Below are positions 25,685 through 38,112 of a stretch of DNA of 64,000 nt, in pieces (position 1 is the stretch's first letter; each line of letters starts with the position of its first letter). Under the pieces are notes generated by a model that worked only from the letters and a program-made list of their open reading frames with translations, was not told the DNA's origin and searched no databases. The position numbers and the translations under genes are program-made. Source of the DNA: Octopus sinensis (Eukaryota); assembly GCF_006345805.1 (NCBI RefSeq), contig NC_042998.1, forward strand, positions 187,364,001 to 187,428,000, written 5' to 3'.

Positions 25685-25690
25685 AATAAA
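25685..25690 (+). promoter_or_regulatory. Candidate CERT poly(A) signal AATAAA
   Basis: Canonical hexamer about 300 nt after the stop codon. Such hexamers are common by chance in AT-rich DNA. Confidence 0.25.
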
Positions 25691-25942
25691 TTGGCTTTGA
25701 AGTTGCAGTAGTAGTTAATGTTAACAAAAGTTGTGTACATGTGTGTGTGTTTGTGTGTGTATTGTTTGAAGTTGTACTTGGTTAGCAAGTGACTTTAACA
25801 GATAGTGTGCCGACACTAAAACATTTACACCATGGGCCAGTTATGATAGCCATTTAAAACACATTTATACTATTACATACAGTTTTGTTTTAATTTTTTG
25901 ATAGTATTATATAGTATAAATATCATGTTTTGATGTACATCT

Positions 25943-26324
25943 GGAAGCACTCCGTCGATTACGACGACGAGGGTTCCGGTTGATCCGAATCAACGGAACA
26001 GCCTGCTCATGAAATTAACGTGTAAGTGGCTGAGCACTCCACAGACACGTGTACCCTTAACGTAGTTCTCGGGGATATTCAGCATGACACAGAGAGTGAC
26101 AAGGCCGGCCCTTTGAAATACAGGTACAACAGAAACAGGAAGTAAGAGTGAGAGAAAGTTGTGGTGAAAGAGTACAGCAGGGATCACCACCATCCCCTGC
26201 CGGAGCCTCGTGGAGCTTTAGGTGTTTTCACTCAATAAACACTCAACGCCCGGTCTGGGAATCGAAACCGCGATCCTATGACCGCGAGTCCGCTGCCCTA
26301 ACCACTGGGCCATTGTGCCTCCAC
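25943..26324 (-). mobile_element. tRNA-derived SINE family 2
   Basis: On -, A box TGGCCCAGTGG and B box GGTTTCGATTCC. Perfect 11-bp TSD GATGTACATCT (25932-42, 26325-35). Confidence 0.9.
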
Positions 26325-26608
26325 GATGTACATCTACGGCATAACTAACACACATCACAAATCCACAGTGTCTGCAGGCTCGATGGATTTGTGTTAGTAA
26401 ATATCAAACAAAAGTGAATGTTACTATAATATCTGTGTTTTAAATTTTGTGTATGTGTGCTCTTATAATAAAGCTCTTATTTGCAAGAGCTTTATTTTGA
26501 GAAGACCTGTGGAATATTTTTTTTTCTTCTTTTAATTGGATCTCAACAGTTATAAATAAAGCATGTAAATATTGGGTTGAAAATCCCTTTTGGATAAAAA
26601 AAAAAAAG

Positions 26609-27011
26609 AGGCGCAGGAGTGGCTGTATAGTAAGTAGCTTGCTTACCAACCACATGGTTCCGGGTTCAGTCCCACTGCGTAGCACCTTGGGCAAGTGTCT
26701 TCTACTATAGCCTTGGGCCGACCAAAGCCTTGTGAATGGATTTGGTAGACGGAAACTGAAAGAAGCCCGTCGTATATATGTATATATATGTATGCGTGTG
26801 TGTTTGTGTGTCTGTGTTTGTCCCCTAGCATTACTTGACAACCGATGCTGGTGTGTTTATGTCCCTGTTACTTAGCAGTTCGGTAAAAGAGACCGATAGA
26901 ATAAGTACTGGGCTTACAAAAGAATAAGTCCCAGGGTCGAGTTGCTCGATTAAAGGCGGTGCTCCTGCATGGCCGCAATCAAAGGACTGAAACAAGTAAA
27001 AGAGAGAGAGT
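26609..27011 (+). mobile_element. SINE family 1 copy
   Basis: Full length. Confidence 0.9.
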
Positions 27012-27462
27012 CAAACCAAAAAGATTTCTTAATCCAGTGTTTACAAGCTAGTATTTATAAGATCTGATTAAAGTAAAATATATATATATATATGGGTAAT
27101 GTATATATGATACACAAAGTGGATTGAACCATGTTCAGCTCATGCCTGCCTAGAAAGCAGATAGCAACGTGTGTATATACAAGAATAGTAATGGTAAAGT
27201 CACACAAAAACACACACACATTTGTCTGTTCAGATTATATATTTTTTAATTCTATACACATATTTTCTCTTTATATATTTACATATTTGTATGTATATAC
27301 ACTTGTTCACATACACACTTTTATACAGTTCAAGAACATTTATAGAGATATCAAAATTGAAAATTAACTGAAGACTGACTCATTGTGTAAAACTGAGGTT
27401 ACTGTCAATGGTTTTTCTTTGATAATATATACCTATAAGTATATACAAAAATATATACATAC

Positions 27463-27514
<52 letters not shown>

Positions 27515-28071
27515 TCACACAGATATACATTTTTATGTATAAGGATAGTTGTGTGTGTGTGTATATGTATATATATAAATATATAGAAAGAGAGAGAGGT
27601 ATACATACACACACAAACACGTGCACTAATTGCTCTGAGGAAGTTAAAGGATGTCACACAAGCACTCAGCTCTAAGTGCGACATTTCATATCAGAAACGG
27701 CTGTAAGCTAATGAAGGTGATTATGTAATCTTCTGTTCTTTTGTCATTCATTCATTTATTCATTAATTAATTAATGTTTTTGTGTGTGTAAACACACATA
27801 GATAAATACATGATCAGTTGTAGTTCTTGTTAAAACACAAAACAAAACAGCTGTGAATATAGTTTAGCGATGATCGTACTCACAAATGGTTGCCCCGACT
27901 TGGGGTTTTATGTCTAATTAGCAATTTCCACTCATCAGATGGGCATACTGTTAGAGCTGAGCCAAACACTTCAAGTAAAAGAGGTTTCGCTTCAAAAACC
28001 TTTTGATTAAGGTGTGTGTGTGTGTTTGAGAAGTATAATCATCGTCGTTTAACGTCCATATATTTTTATAC

Positions 28072-28418
28072 TTCAGTCCCACTGCGTGGCACCTTGGGCA
28101 AGTGTCTTCTACTATAGCCTCGGGCCGACCAAAGCCTTGTGAGTGGATTTAGTAGACGGAAACTGAAAGAAGCCCGTCGTATATATGTATATATATGTAT
28201 GCGTGTGTGTTTGTGTGTCTGTGTTTGTCCCCCTAGTATTGCTTGACAACCGATGTTGGTGTGTTTATGTCCCCGTTACTTAGCGGTTCGGTAAAAGAGA
28301 CCGATAGAATAAGTACTGGGCTTACAAAAGAATAAGTCCCGGGGTCGAGTTGCTTGATTAAAGGCGGTGCTCCAGCATGGCCGCAATCAAAGGACTGAAA
28401 CAAGTAAAAGAGAGAGAG
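28072..28418 (+). mobile_element. SINE family 1 copy (duplicate of the 26609 copy)
   Basis: 5'-truncated. Shares private variants and the 3' flank with the 26609 copy. Confidence 0.88.
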
Positions 28419-28644
28419 TCAAACCAAAAAGATTTCTTAATCCAGTGTTTACAAGCTAGTATTTATAAGATCTGGCATATATATATAGATTGCCAACCAC
28501 TACACGCATTTTTTCTCTCTTTATTTCTTTCTGTGTTCCTTTCTGTGGAAGAGCGTAGGCTCAAAATGTTAAAGACTTTTTCAATTCCCGAGCGTTATAC
28601 TAATACATCTGTTTGTCTTCGTCTTTTGTTTTTTTGTGAATTCT

Positions 28645-28692
<48 letters not shown>

Positions 28693-28778
28693 ACACATCT
28701 ATTTATACATACATAAAATTGTTTTGTCATGATGCTTGATACAGTTAGCCTATAAAGTTTTATATTCAACTATTTCCT

Positions 28779-28813
<35 letters not shown>

Positions 28814-28928
28814 ATATATATATATACACACATACATATACTCATATACATATACGTACATATATAAAAAAATACGTACATATAAAAATATACGTATATA
28901 TATATATATATATATACACATAAGTATA

Positions 28929-28981
<53 letters not shown>

Positions 28982-29221
28982 TATATATATGTGTGTGTAC
29001 ACATCTATTTATACATACATAAAATTGTTTTGTCATGATGCTTGATACAGTTAGCCTATAAAGTTTTATATTCAACTATTTCCTGGTCATCTCTCTCTCT
29101 CTCTCTTTATATATATATATATACACACATACATATACTCATATACATATACGTACATATATAAAAAAATACGTACATATAAAAATATACGTATATATAT
29201 ATATATATACACATAAGTATA

Positions 29222-29277
<56 letters not shown>

Positions 29278-29492
29278 TATACATATATATGTATATTCAT
29301 ATATATACATATAAAATATAAATCAGAGATAAAACCACTATTATGCAACTCAAACATTGATAGACATAAACCAATACATAAATAACAAATAATATAAATA
29401 ATGAGTGGTTGTATACTGTCAACTTAATGTGACAGTCCCGTAAAGGGAATCACACCACCGCTATTTAGCCCTAAGAAGCATCAACGCTTCCT

Positions 29493-29915
29493 ATAATAAT
29501 AATAATGAAATTATTGTATACAATGCTCAGGTGCACCACAACTTGTCAGAGTATATGCAGTAATGTACAAATGTCTGGAAACGAACAATGCATGAGTCAG
29601 ATACATGCTTGTGTGTGTATGGAGGGGAGAAAATCAGGTGTAGTGTTAGCGAATCTCAGGAAGCATGGAAGTTTTGAAGGATGCAGTGCTCTGACAACTA
29701 ACAACTGTTGCCGGCAGTTTGTTCCATGCTTCAGCAACTCTCAGCGTGAAAAAATGTTTCCTGAAATCATGGGAGCTGTGCTGTTTTCTAACTATGTAAA
29801 CATGTCCACGGGTGTTAGACAGATGGAGTTTGAAAAGGTGCTCAGAGTTATTGTTTGTACGATGGTTGATAATTTTATGGGTGTCTGCCAAGTCAGCTGC
29901 CAGACGTCGGAGTTT
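29493..29915 (-). mobile_element. Same CR1-group family, shorter 3' fragment
   Basis: KLRRLAADLADTHKII...FFTLRVAEAWNKLP, with the (ATT)n tail at 29493-29506. Confidence 0.88.
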
Positions 29916-29989
29916 CCGGCTTTGACTCATTTCCTGTGTCCTTATATTTGCAATGGGGAGACAAGCACTCCCACCAGCTAAGACCTGCA

Positions 29990-30035
29990 CCTAGAGACAT
30001 GGATGTTTCTGAGTCTTGCTCGTCATCAGTCTAGG
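29990..30035 (-). ncRNA. Type I hammerhead ribozyme motif
   Basis: CCTAGA-CTGATGA-C-GAG-CAAGA-CTC-A-GAAACAT-CC-ATGTC-TCTAGG. 6-bp stem I, 3-bp stem II, 4-bp stem III, GUC triplet. Confidence 0.72.
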
Positions 30036-30119
30036 GTAGCAAGGCCTGCTGGTTGAGATGTTTGCCAAGCCTTCACAAATATATATATTTTCAGTGAAAT
30101 CTATTCATTGATCACCAAA

Positions 30120-30460
30120 ATTAGAAATGTTAAATTTCTAGAAATTAGAGAGAGAGTCAGTTTAGATGAGATGCATTTTGGGTTCGTGCCAGGGAATTCC
30201 GAGTAGGGGTCAGGGTCCACCAAGGATCTGTCTTCAACCCCCCTCTTTTTCATCATAGTCCTCCAGGCAATAACTGAGGAATTCAAGACAGGATGCCCTG
30301 GGAGCTCGTCTATGCTTTTGACCTTGTTCTAATTGCCCAGCCACTATCAGAACTAGAGGAAAAATTTCAGGTGTGGAAGCAAGGATTAGAATCGAAGGGT
30401 CTTAGAGTCAACCTAGCTAAAACCAAAGTCTTAACAAGTAGTGAAGGCAGACAAACAACA
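30120..30460 (+). pseudogene. RTE reverse-transcriptase fragment
   Basis: [46 protein letters not shown] (YADD mutated), [20 protein letters not shown]. Confidence 0.85.
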
Positions 30461-30477
30461 AATCATTTCATTTTTAT

Positions 30478-30680
30478 ATATATATGTGACCGCATGTGTA
30501 TTGTTGTCGATTTTTTTTTTTTTTTTCCTCCGTCTTCCCTTCCTTGGATCTTTCCTTTTCCTATGTTTCTGATGAAGAGCTCCGCTCAAAACATTAAATC
30601 CTCCTTTCTTTCCTTTCCTGAGCGTCCAATAACACTATACTTGTTCCACATCCTCGTGCTGTTATGTTTTTTCTTATATA
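30478..30680 (+). repeat. Penelope-type short repeat carrying a minimal hammerhead-like motif
   Basis: Second copy at about 46820-47030 on -. Motif GTTT-CTGATGA-A-GAGC-TCC-GCTC-(G>A)AAAC-ATT-AAA. Confidence 0.55.
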
Positions 30681-30682
30681 TA

Positions 30683-30696
<14 letters not shown>

Positions 30697-30743
<47 letters not shown>

Positions 30744-30986
30744 ATATGCATATATATATGTATATATGTATATATATGTATATATGTATATATATGTATA
30801 TCTATATATATATGTCTATATATTTATATATATATATGTCTATATATTTATATATATATATCGCTATATATATTTGTATATATATCGCTATATATATTTG
30901 TATATATATATATGTCTATATATATCTCTATATATATGTCTATATATATCTGTATATATATATGTCTATATATATCTGTATATATA

Positions 30987-31022
<36 letters not shown>

Positions 31023-31313
31023 CTATATATATCTGTATATATATATATATGTCTATATATATCTGTATATATATATATATGTCTATATATATCTGTTATA
31101 TATATATATGTCTATATATATCTGTTATATATATATATATATCTGTATATATATATATATATGTCTATATATATCTGTATATATATATATATACGTCTAT
31201 ATATATCTGTATATATATATATATACGTCTATATATATCTGTATATATATATATATATATATGTCTGTATATATATATGTCTGTATATATATATATATAT
31301 GTCTATATATATA

Positions 31314-31352
<39 letters not shown>
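30697..31352. repeat. Complex (TA)n-derived minisatellite
   Basis: TA runs punctuated by GTC and CTG units. Confidence 0.95.
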
Positions 31353-31358
<6 letters not shown>

Positions 31359-31651
31359 TTCAAAATGTTAGGAAAGGTTTACATGACAGAATTCTGTTGG
31401 GGTTTGGCTATATTTTCATATAATTAAATAGATTATCTCTTTTCATTTAACGTGTTAATTTCTGGTATTGCATGTAGCAGCCTGTCATCTCATTGAATCC
31501 TATTCATTACACATATCTGTAAATATAAACACAATTCTTAATGCTGAACAATTTTAAAAATATGAAAGAAGAAAGAAGGGAAGGTGTGACTAGATTCAGT
31601 TTAGACACTCCTCTTCCAATTCAAATTAGGAAAAACAATGTTGAATGATAG

Positions 31652-31990
31652 AGGCAGTATTGGCTGTGTGGTAAGAAGCTTGCTTACCAGCCATATGGTT
31701 CTGGGTTCAGTCCCACTGAATGGCACCTTGGGCAAGTGCCTTCTACTATAGCCTCGGGCTGACCAAAACCTCGTGAGTAGATTTGGTAGATGGAAACTGA
31801 AAGAAGCCCATCATGTATGTGTGTCTTTGTTTGTCATCCCAATACTGCTTGACAACTAGTGTTGGTTTGTTTATGTCTCTGTAACTTAGAGACCAATAGA
31901 ATAAGTATCAGGCTTTTGGAAAACAAAAAAAAAAAGGCCTGGGGTTTATTTGTTCAACTCTTTGGCACAGTCTAATAAATGAAACAAAAA
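31652..31990 (+). mobile_element. SINE family 1, degraded copy
   Basis: Head and body recognisable, tail decayed. Confidence 0.75.
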
Positions 31991-32619
31991 AAAAAGAAGT
32001 GGAGCAGTGGAAATGTGGAGGGGAATATTTATAGCATTGGGATTCTAGGAATAAGCAAGAGGGAAAAAAATGTGTGATAATATAACACCATATATGATCC
32101 TGTTTTGAAAAGTTAGTCTCAGATGAAATATATTGTTACTAAAACTAAATATGTTAATACACACTCTACTTTGTTGGTGTCAAAAATTTGGGTGTAACTG
32201 TATTTGTCACAAAAGGAAGTTATATTGTCTCTTAACTCTGCTAGATGTTAAAATAAGTAGGACTTTTTATATTTTTTTTTTATTAGTTATCTGTAAAGAA
32301 TTTTTATCTTTATCTGGTTTTAAGGAGGGCAATGTAAATTGTGTATATAATGAATAAAAAAAATAGTGTTGAAACAAATTCTAGAGGAATTCTAAAATTC
32401 CGTTTGTTATATTATCTTATAAAAGATAAAATGAGTTAACATTGTCATTATGATTGTCCCCTTTTCTATGTAATATGTGTGTATGTACACACACACACAC
32501 ACTACATATGCAACAATTAACAGGTCATATTATAGTACACTGATTTGAAAAGAAATTGTTGTCCAAAGACTTGTAAACTATATAAGCTATTAAAGCCCAT
32601 ATAATTTCAAGATACATTC

Positions 32620-32880
32620 GCAGATGCTCTAGGATAAATCATCAATGATGTTCCTGGGGTCTTTGAAGGTTTCATGTCTTTCAGCATCAGAGCCTGCTTA
32701 CCCAGCTGATCCAGCTGGAGTTGATTAGGTCTCATCTTGCATCCAAGCAGCAGTAGCAAACCAGGGGCTGCTTTCTTTTAATCCAAAACCATCTGGTGAT
32801 CTTCTCAAAAGCTTTCGTGCTGAAATGAATGCCCTTCCCAACTTTGCTGCAACAGTAACTTTAAGTTCATTCAGAGCTTT
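32620..32880 (-). mobile_element. HERO/NeSL-like RLE retrotransposon 3' end (degraded)
   Basis: RALNELKVT.../STKAFEKITRWFWIKR resembles the recalled HERO C-terminus EAAEKASRWLWIKR. The 3' UTR contains ctgatg...gaaac...ccagg.acatca.tgatgat. Confidence 0.55.
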
Positions 32881-33090
32881 ACATCTTTACATATATATAA
32901 CATATATGCAGAAACCTACTTGTGCAAGCACATATACACGAGTTTGCCTCTGTGTGTCTTTTTTAGAGATTTCTGTCGACCTTTTCTTGAGTAGTGTGTG
33001 TATTGTGAAAAATTATATGGTTATGGACAGGGTGTCTAATTTCAGCATATTTGGCATTAGAAATTTTTTCGTTTGCTCTTATTTATAAGT

Positions 33091-33146
<56 letters not shown>

Positions 33147-35536
33147 CGAGAGAGAGAGATATGGGTTTCGTGGTTTTGTGAGCTGCATGAGAGCCTTGCT
33201 AGTGCTGGTGGCACATGACACAAAAAAGAACACCTAGCACACACTGTAAAGTGGTTAGCATCAGGAAGGGCATCCAGCTGTAGAAACCCTTCCAGAGTAG
33301 ATACTGGAACACAATGCAATCCTTGGGCCCCATCAAATCCTGTCAAACCACCCAGCCTATACCATTATGGAACACGGATGCTAAATTATGATAATGATAT
33401 GTGTTTGAGAAGAAGATCCATCAAGTCAAGTGAAATTGTATTCAGGGCAGATACTGGTGTCATGCAACTAGCCCTCATGCCAGTGGCACGTTAAAAGCAC
33501 CCATTACACTCTCAGAGTGGTTGGCATTAGGAAGGGCATCCAGACATAGAAACCAAACCAAATCAGACTGGATTCTGGTGTAGCCCCTCAGCTTATCTGG
33601 TCGAACTGTCCAACCCATGCCAGCTTCGACAATGGACGTTAAATGATGATGATATATGTATATGAAATAGTGATTTCATTTCTACAACACAAAAGACAAC
33701 AGAAGAAAAATGATTTTTCAGAAAATTAAATTATAAAGTATGCCATTTATATATTATATTTGAATATTGTGAAACGTTGCCTATTTTCATGTTAGGACAT
33801 TGAGCAGGATATATTGAGGCATTTTTCTCTATAGATTTTTCATTTGAAAACTTTATTTAGATATAAATAGATTTATATTACTACATTAGTGGCTAAAGTC
33901 AAAGTGTATGAGAATGTTATATTGTTAACATTTTCTAACAACAAAAGAAACCATTCAATGATAATAGAAATTGAAAAAAACAAACATCTTATGACTTTTA
34001 ATTTGCGAAAACTGTGGTTAATTTCATGAGATAAATGCTTTAAATTCATATTGAATGCTGCTGTTCCTAAGTCTGCCTTTGTTCAACCAAACCATGTTTC
34101 GTTCCATATTAAGTTCCTTCTTGATTTGTGTATTCTTTTTTTTCTTCTTCTTATATTCAGTTGAAAAAGGAAGAGGAGCAGCACCCATGATCTTTGCAGG
34201 CCCTCTCTCACTGGTGATGTTGATGCAGTTGAGATGTTCTTGAAATTCTATAGGTCAATGCTTGTTGGTGGGGAAGGGCTGGGCTGGGAGATTGGGGGAG
34301 GGGAGGGGAAAGAGGGGTTTGGGAAGAATGGGCAGGGATTCAAGTTCCGCAGAGTTGCAGATGCTGAATGGAAGAAGGATCAAGGAAAAAAATGTGAGGT
34401 GGGTGGGTGGTGATGGTGGTGGTTGTCAGAGTGGGTGGGGCTTGCAAAGGGAGGCAAAGTAGGAAACGAGTATGGGAATAGAGGTAGGACAGTCGGGTCA
34501 GCTTGGGTTAGAGATGATAAACAACTTGATTGTTCGGATGAGCAGAATGCCTGTGGGGTTAGTGAGCGTAGTGTTGTTGTTGTTGTTGCTGCTGAGTGAA
34601 TCTTTGCTAACCAGCCAGACAGCTGTTCTAGATGTGATGTAGTGTGTATGTATGTATGTATGTAAGTGTGTGTGTGTATAGGAGCAGTGACATTGCAGAC
34701 ATAAGAGAAGTACTTTGAATTGCACTTGTGTTTGTAGAGGATCATATGATCGGGCACATGCTCTTATGCACGTGCAAGTAATAACTGTTGTGTCTGTGTA
34801 TCTCCCTCTCTCTCCTCCTCCTCCTCTCAATGAAAGACAGAAAAGTGATCAAGTTATATAATACAGAGAAGCCCCAGCTGCAAGTAATTGTATAAACCCA
34901 ACTCTCTGTATTGAGTACCTTGTTTTTTTTTTTTTTCTCTTCTTTGTAAATTCAAACAAACACACACACACACATTTTCGCTCATCTATTTGAAACCGAG
35001 TCCTCACTAGGTTGCTCTCTGCATTTCCTGTAACCATGAAACTTTGAGGAGCAAAAGAGTGAAACCTCAGCTTTGAATAAATTCCACTAAACGTATTCTC
35101 TTTCTTAAATGCCCGGAGATACACACACACACACAACACACACACACACACACACACATTACATATAAAGAGCTAAGAAATTCAATATTATGTACATAAC
35201 TATAAACTCCCCCCCCTCCTTGAAACTACACACAAGTGAGTTTGCTCACATACACACACTTACACGCGTGCGCTTGCTCACACTCACTCACATAAACACA
35301 GAAAATACAAAAGAGTCTTAAGTTTTTATAAAAATTAATATCAAATTGCAATGCAAACATTACAATTTTTCATGAGTTGAATTCCTATTAGTGTTTATTA
35401 CATTTCTTTTATCTGTATATGTTCACATATCTATTGCAATATGGGTATGATTATGTATGTTGATTTATATATATAATATATATATATATGTCCAACCCAT
35501 GCCAGCATGGAAGGCGGACATTAAACGATGATGATA

Positions 35537-35544
<8 letters not shown>

Positions 35545-35567
<23 letters not shown>

Positions 35568-36034
35568 GCATATGCATATGCATATACATATGCATATATA
35601 TATATATGCATATATATATATACATATGCATATATATATATACATATGCATATATATATATACATATGCATATATATATATACATATGCATATATATATA
35701 TATACATATGCATATATATATACATATGCATATATATATATATACATATGCATATATATATACATATGCATATATATATACATATGCATATATATATACA
35801 TATGCATATATATATATATATGCATATATATATGTATACATATGCATATATATATATGCATATATATATATACATATATATACATATATATACATATGCA
35901 TATATATATATACACATGCATATATATATGTATACATATGCATATATATATATGCATATATATATACATATGCATATATATATATGCATATATATATATA
36001 CATGCATATATATATATACATATGCATATACATA

Positions 36035-36065
<31 letters not shown>
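35545..36065. repeat. (TA)n-derived minisatellite (ACATATGCATATATAT units)
   Basis: Recurrent CATATGCAT unit of variable period. Confidence 0.95.
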
Positions 36066-36073
<8 letters not shown>

Positions 36074-38112
36074 AATTTTGCCACTTCTGTCTTTTCCAAT
36101 TCTGCCTTATATTACAGTTTTTTTTAGTACATAGCTATAATATTTATTTCATTTTGTTATTATTATTATTATTATTATTATCAAGATGGCGAACAGGCCA
36201 GACAAAATGCTTAGCCGTATTTCTTCTGGTTTTGCATTCTGAGTTCAAAGGTCATCAAGTTGACTTTGCTTTTCATCCTTTCAGGGTTGATAAAATGAAG
36301 TCCCAGTCAAGTTTTGGGGTTGATATAATTGACTAGCCCCATTCCCCCAAACTTTCAGGCCTGGGCCTATTTAGAGATGAATATTGTTATTAACTAAATC
36401 GGTTTTTTCTTTTTTTTTTTTTTCTATGAATTATCTTCAATGTTTGTTTTGAAATTCTAAAAAAAAAAAAAACCTTGCTGAATATCATCATAAAAACGTT
36501 ATTTTGCTCACAATCCTCTTCAAAGAACTGCTGGCACTAAATTAGAATATTTAGCTATTTTATTTCTTTCAATATTCTACATCTGAAACTTTTTCTATGA
36601 AGAACTAAGATTGTAAAGCTTAGTGAATTTAACAAATTTTCTTCTTCGAATATTTTTTTTTTTTTTGTTTTTTTTTTTTTTTTTGTTTTCCCTCTGAAAA
36701 ATATTAAGACACTGTTTGGGTTTTTTTATTTTATTTATACTGTTGAAGTTGTAGTTATATTTTAAGAAATATCACTGATTAGTGTTGTTGTTGTGCCCTG
36801 CTTATTTTGGATTTTAATATGACTGTTATGTTAAAGTTTAAAACAAACCATTTTCATGGATTTATAACAGATGGGGGTTGTGGTTCTGAAGGAACGGTAA
36901 TGTTTTTTTATGTTTTGCTTCAGAACTGTATCCCACATTGGTTAAATTGTTTGAGCTCCTGCAAATGGATACTAACTAGTCATCCGAAGGAGAGTTATTG
37001 GTTCAGGAAGAATAGCTGATTGCATTCATATTTTAGCCTGCATCAGGCTTGTAGAGCAATATATTCTTGTGGTTAAACCAGTTTCTTAAACTCCTGAAGT
37101 GGTAGAGAAAATGTTATATTTCTACTCTCTTCACCCGCCTCTCTTTGTTTAAAAGTATTTTGGATTTCTCACTCATCTGTTGTTATTATGATTCAGTAAC
37201 AGCAGGCAGTTGTGCTAAGAATTGTGTTTAAACAAGCTTAAAATACCTAAATTATTCTCTCTGTTCAGAACAATAAGCTAATATTTGTATATATTACATA
37301 ATGTTCTCTTTTGAATTCTTTTCCATATCTGAAATTTGATTCTTCATCTCTTATTTAGTTTTTCATTGCTTCTTCAAAAAATAATCTATTTTTTAAAAAT
37401 GTCTGGGAAGAAGTTGGTGAAATTTTATATGTTATTATTGCTCTTAAATACAAAAAAAAAAATTAAAATATTGTTTAAAAAATTAATAAAATATTTAAAA
37501 AAAAAAGATGAAAATAAATATTAAAATCAAATCACTACGTTTGGATTTAACAAGAAATGTTGTTGGGCAAAGTTCCAGTTTACTGGCTATGACAACTATA
37601 CTAACTGCTATTACCTACATCACCACCACCACCACCACACCACCACCACCATCATCACCACCACTGCTGCTGTTCTTCTTGGGTGAATCAGGAACTGTGT
37701 TTTGATTCTTTGAGACATGCTCATACAACTGCTGTGCTATAGTGTATTATAGCTGGAGCTGTGAAGGCTTCAATGCTCTAAACACATCTAACAGTTGACA
37801 ACAAATGTATATTTTTTTTTGGTGAACATTGCTAGTAAAAACTCTTGGCAAACTGAATTTAAAAATAAATATTATAATCATTTATTGCATTGTGGTGTTT
37901 CTTCTTTAATTAAGTAAATTTATTTTCCATTGTTAGATCAGAGCTTGTTTGTGTATGTACATTTAGAAAAATACTATGTAATGTTTGTTATCTAGTCCTC
38001 TCTTGACTACTTAGAAACTATAGTTTTCAGTAGTAATTTCATTAATTATGAATAAATCATATTTTTAAAGCTATACAATATATTACACACAACTTGGCAA
38101 GCACTACATAAT

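Noticed and set aside
27915-27945. CTGATGA-GTG-GAAA on -
   Set aside because: No room for stem II and stem I is unpaired. The same applies to CTGAAGA-AAT-GAAAC near 54660.
34160-34250. Ankyrin-like spacing LCRPSLTGDVDAVEMFLK in an unlisted frame
   Set aside because: Single short motif, a stop right after the best acceptor, a weak donor and no partner exons.
27383-36134. Many long YI/IY/HM-repeat ORFs (up to 376 aa)
   Set aside because: Translations of (TA)n-derived arrays. Only the first ~50 codons of 30293-31423 are RTE RT remnant.
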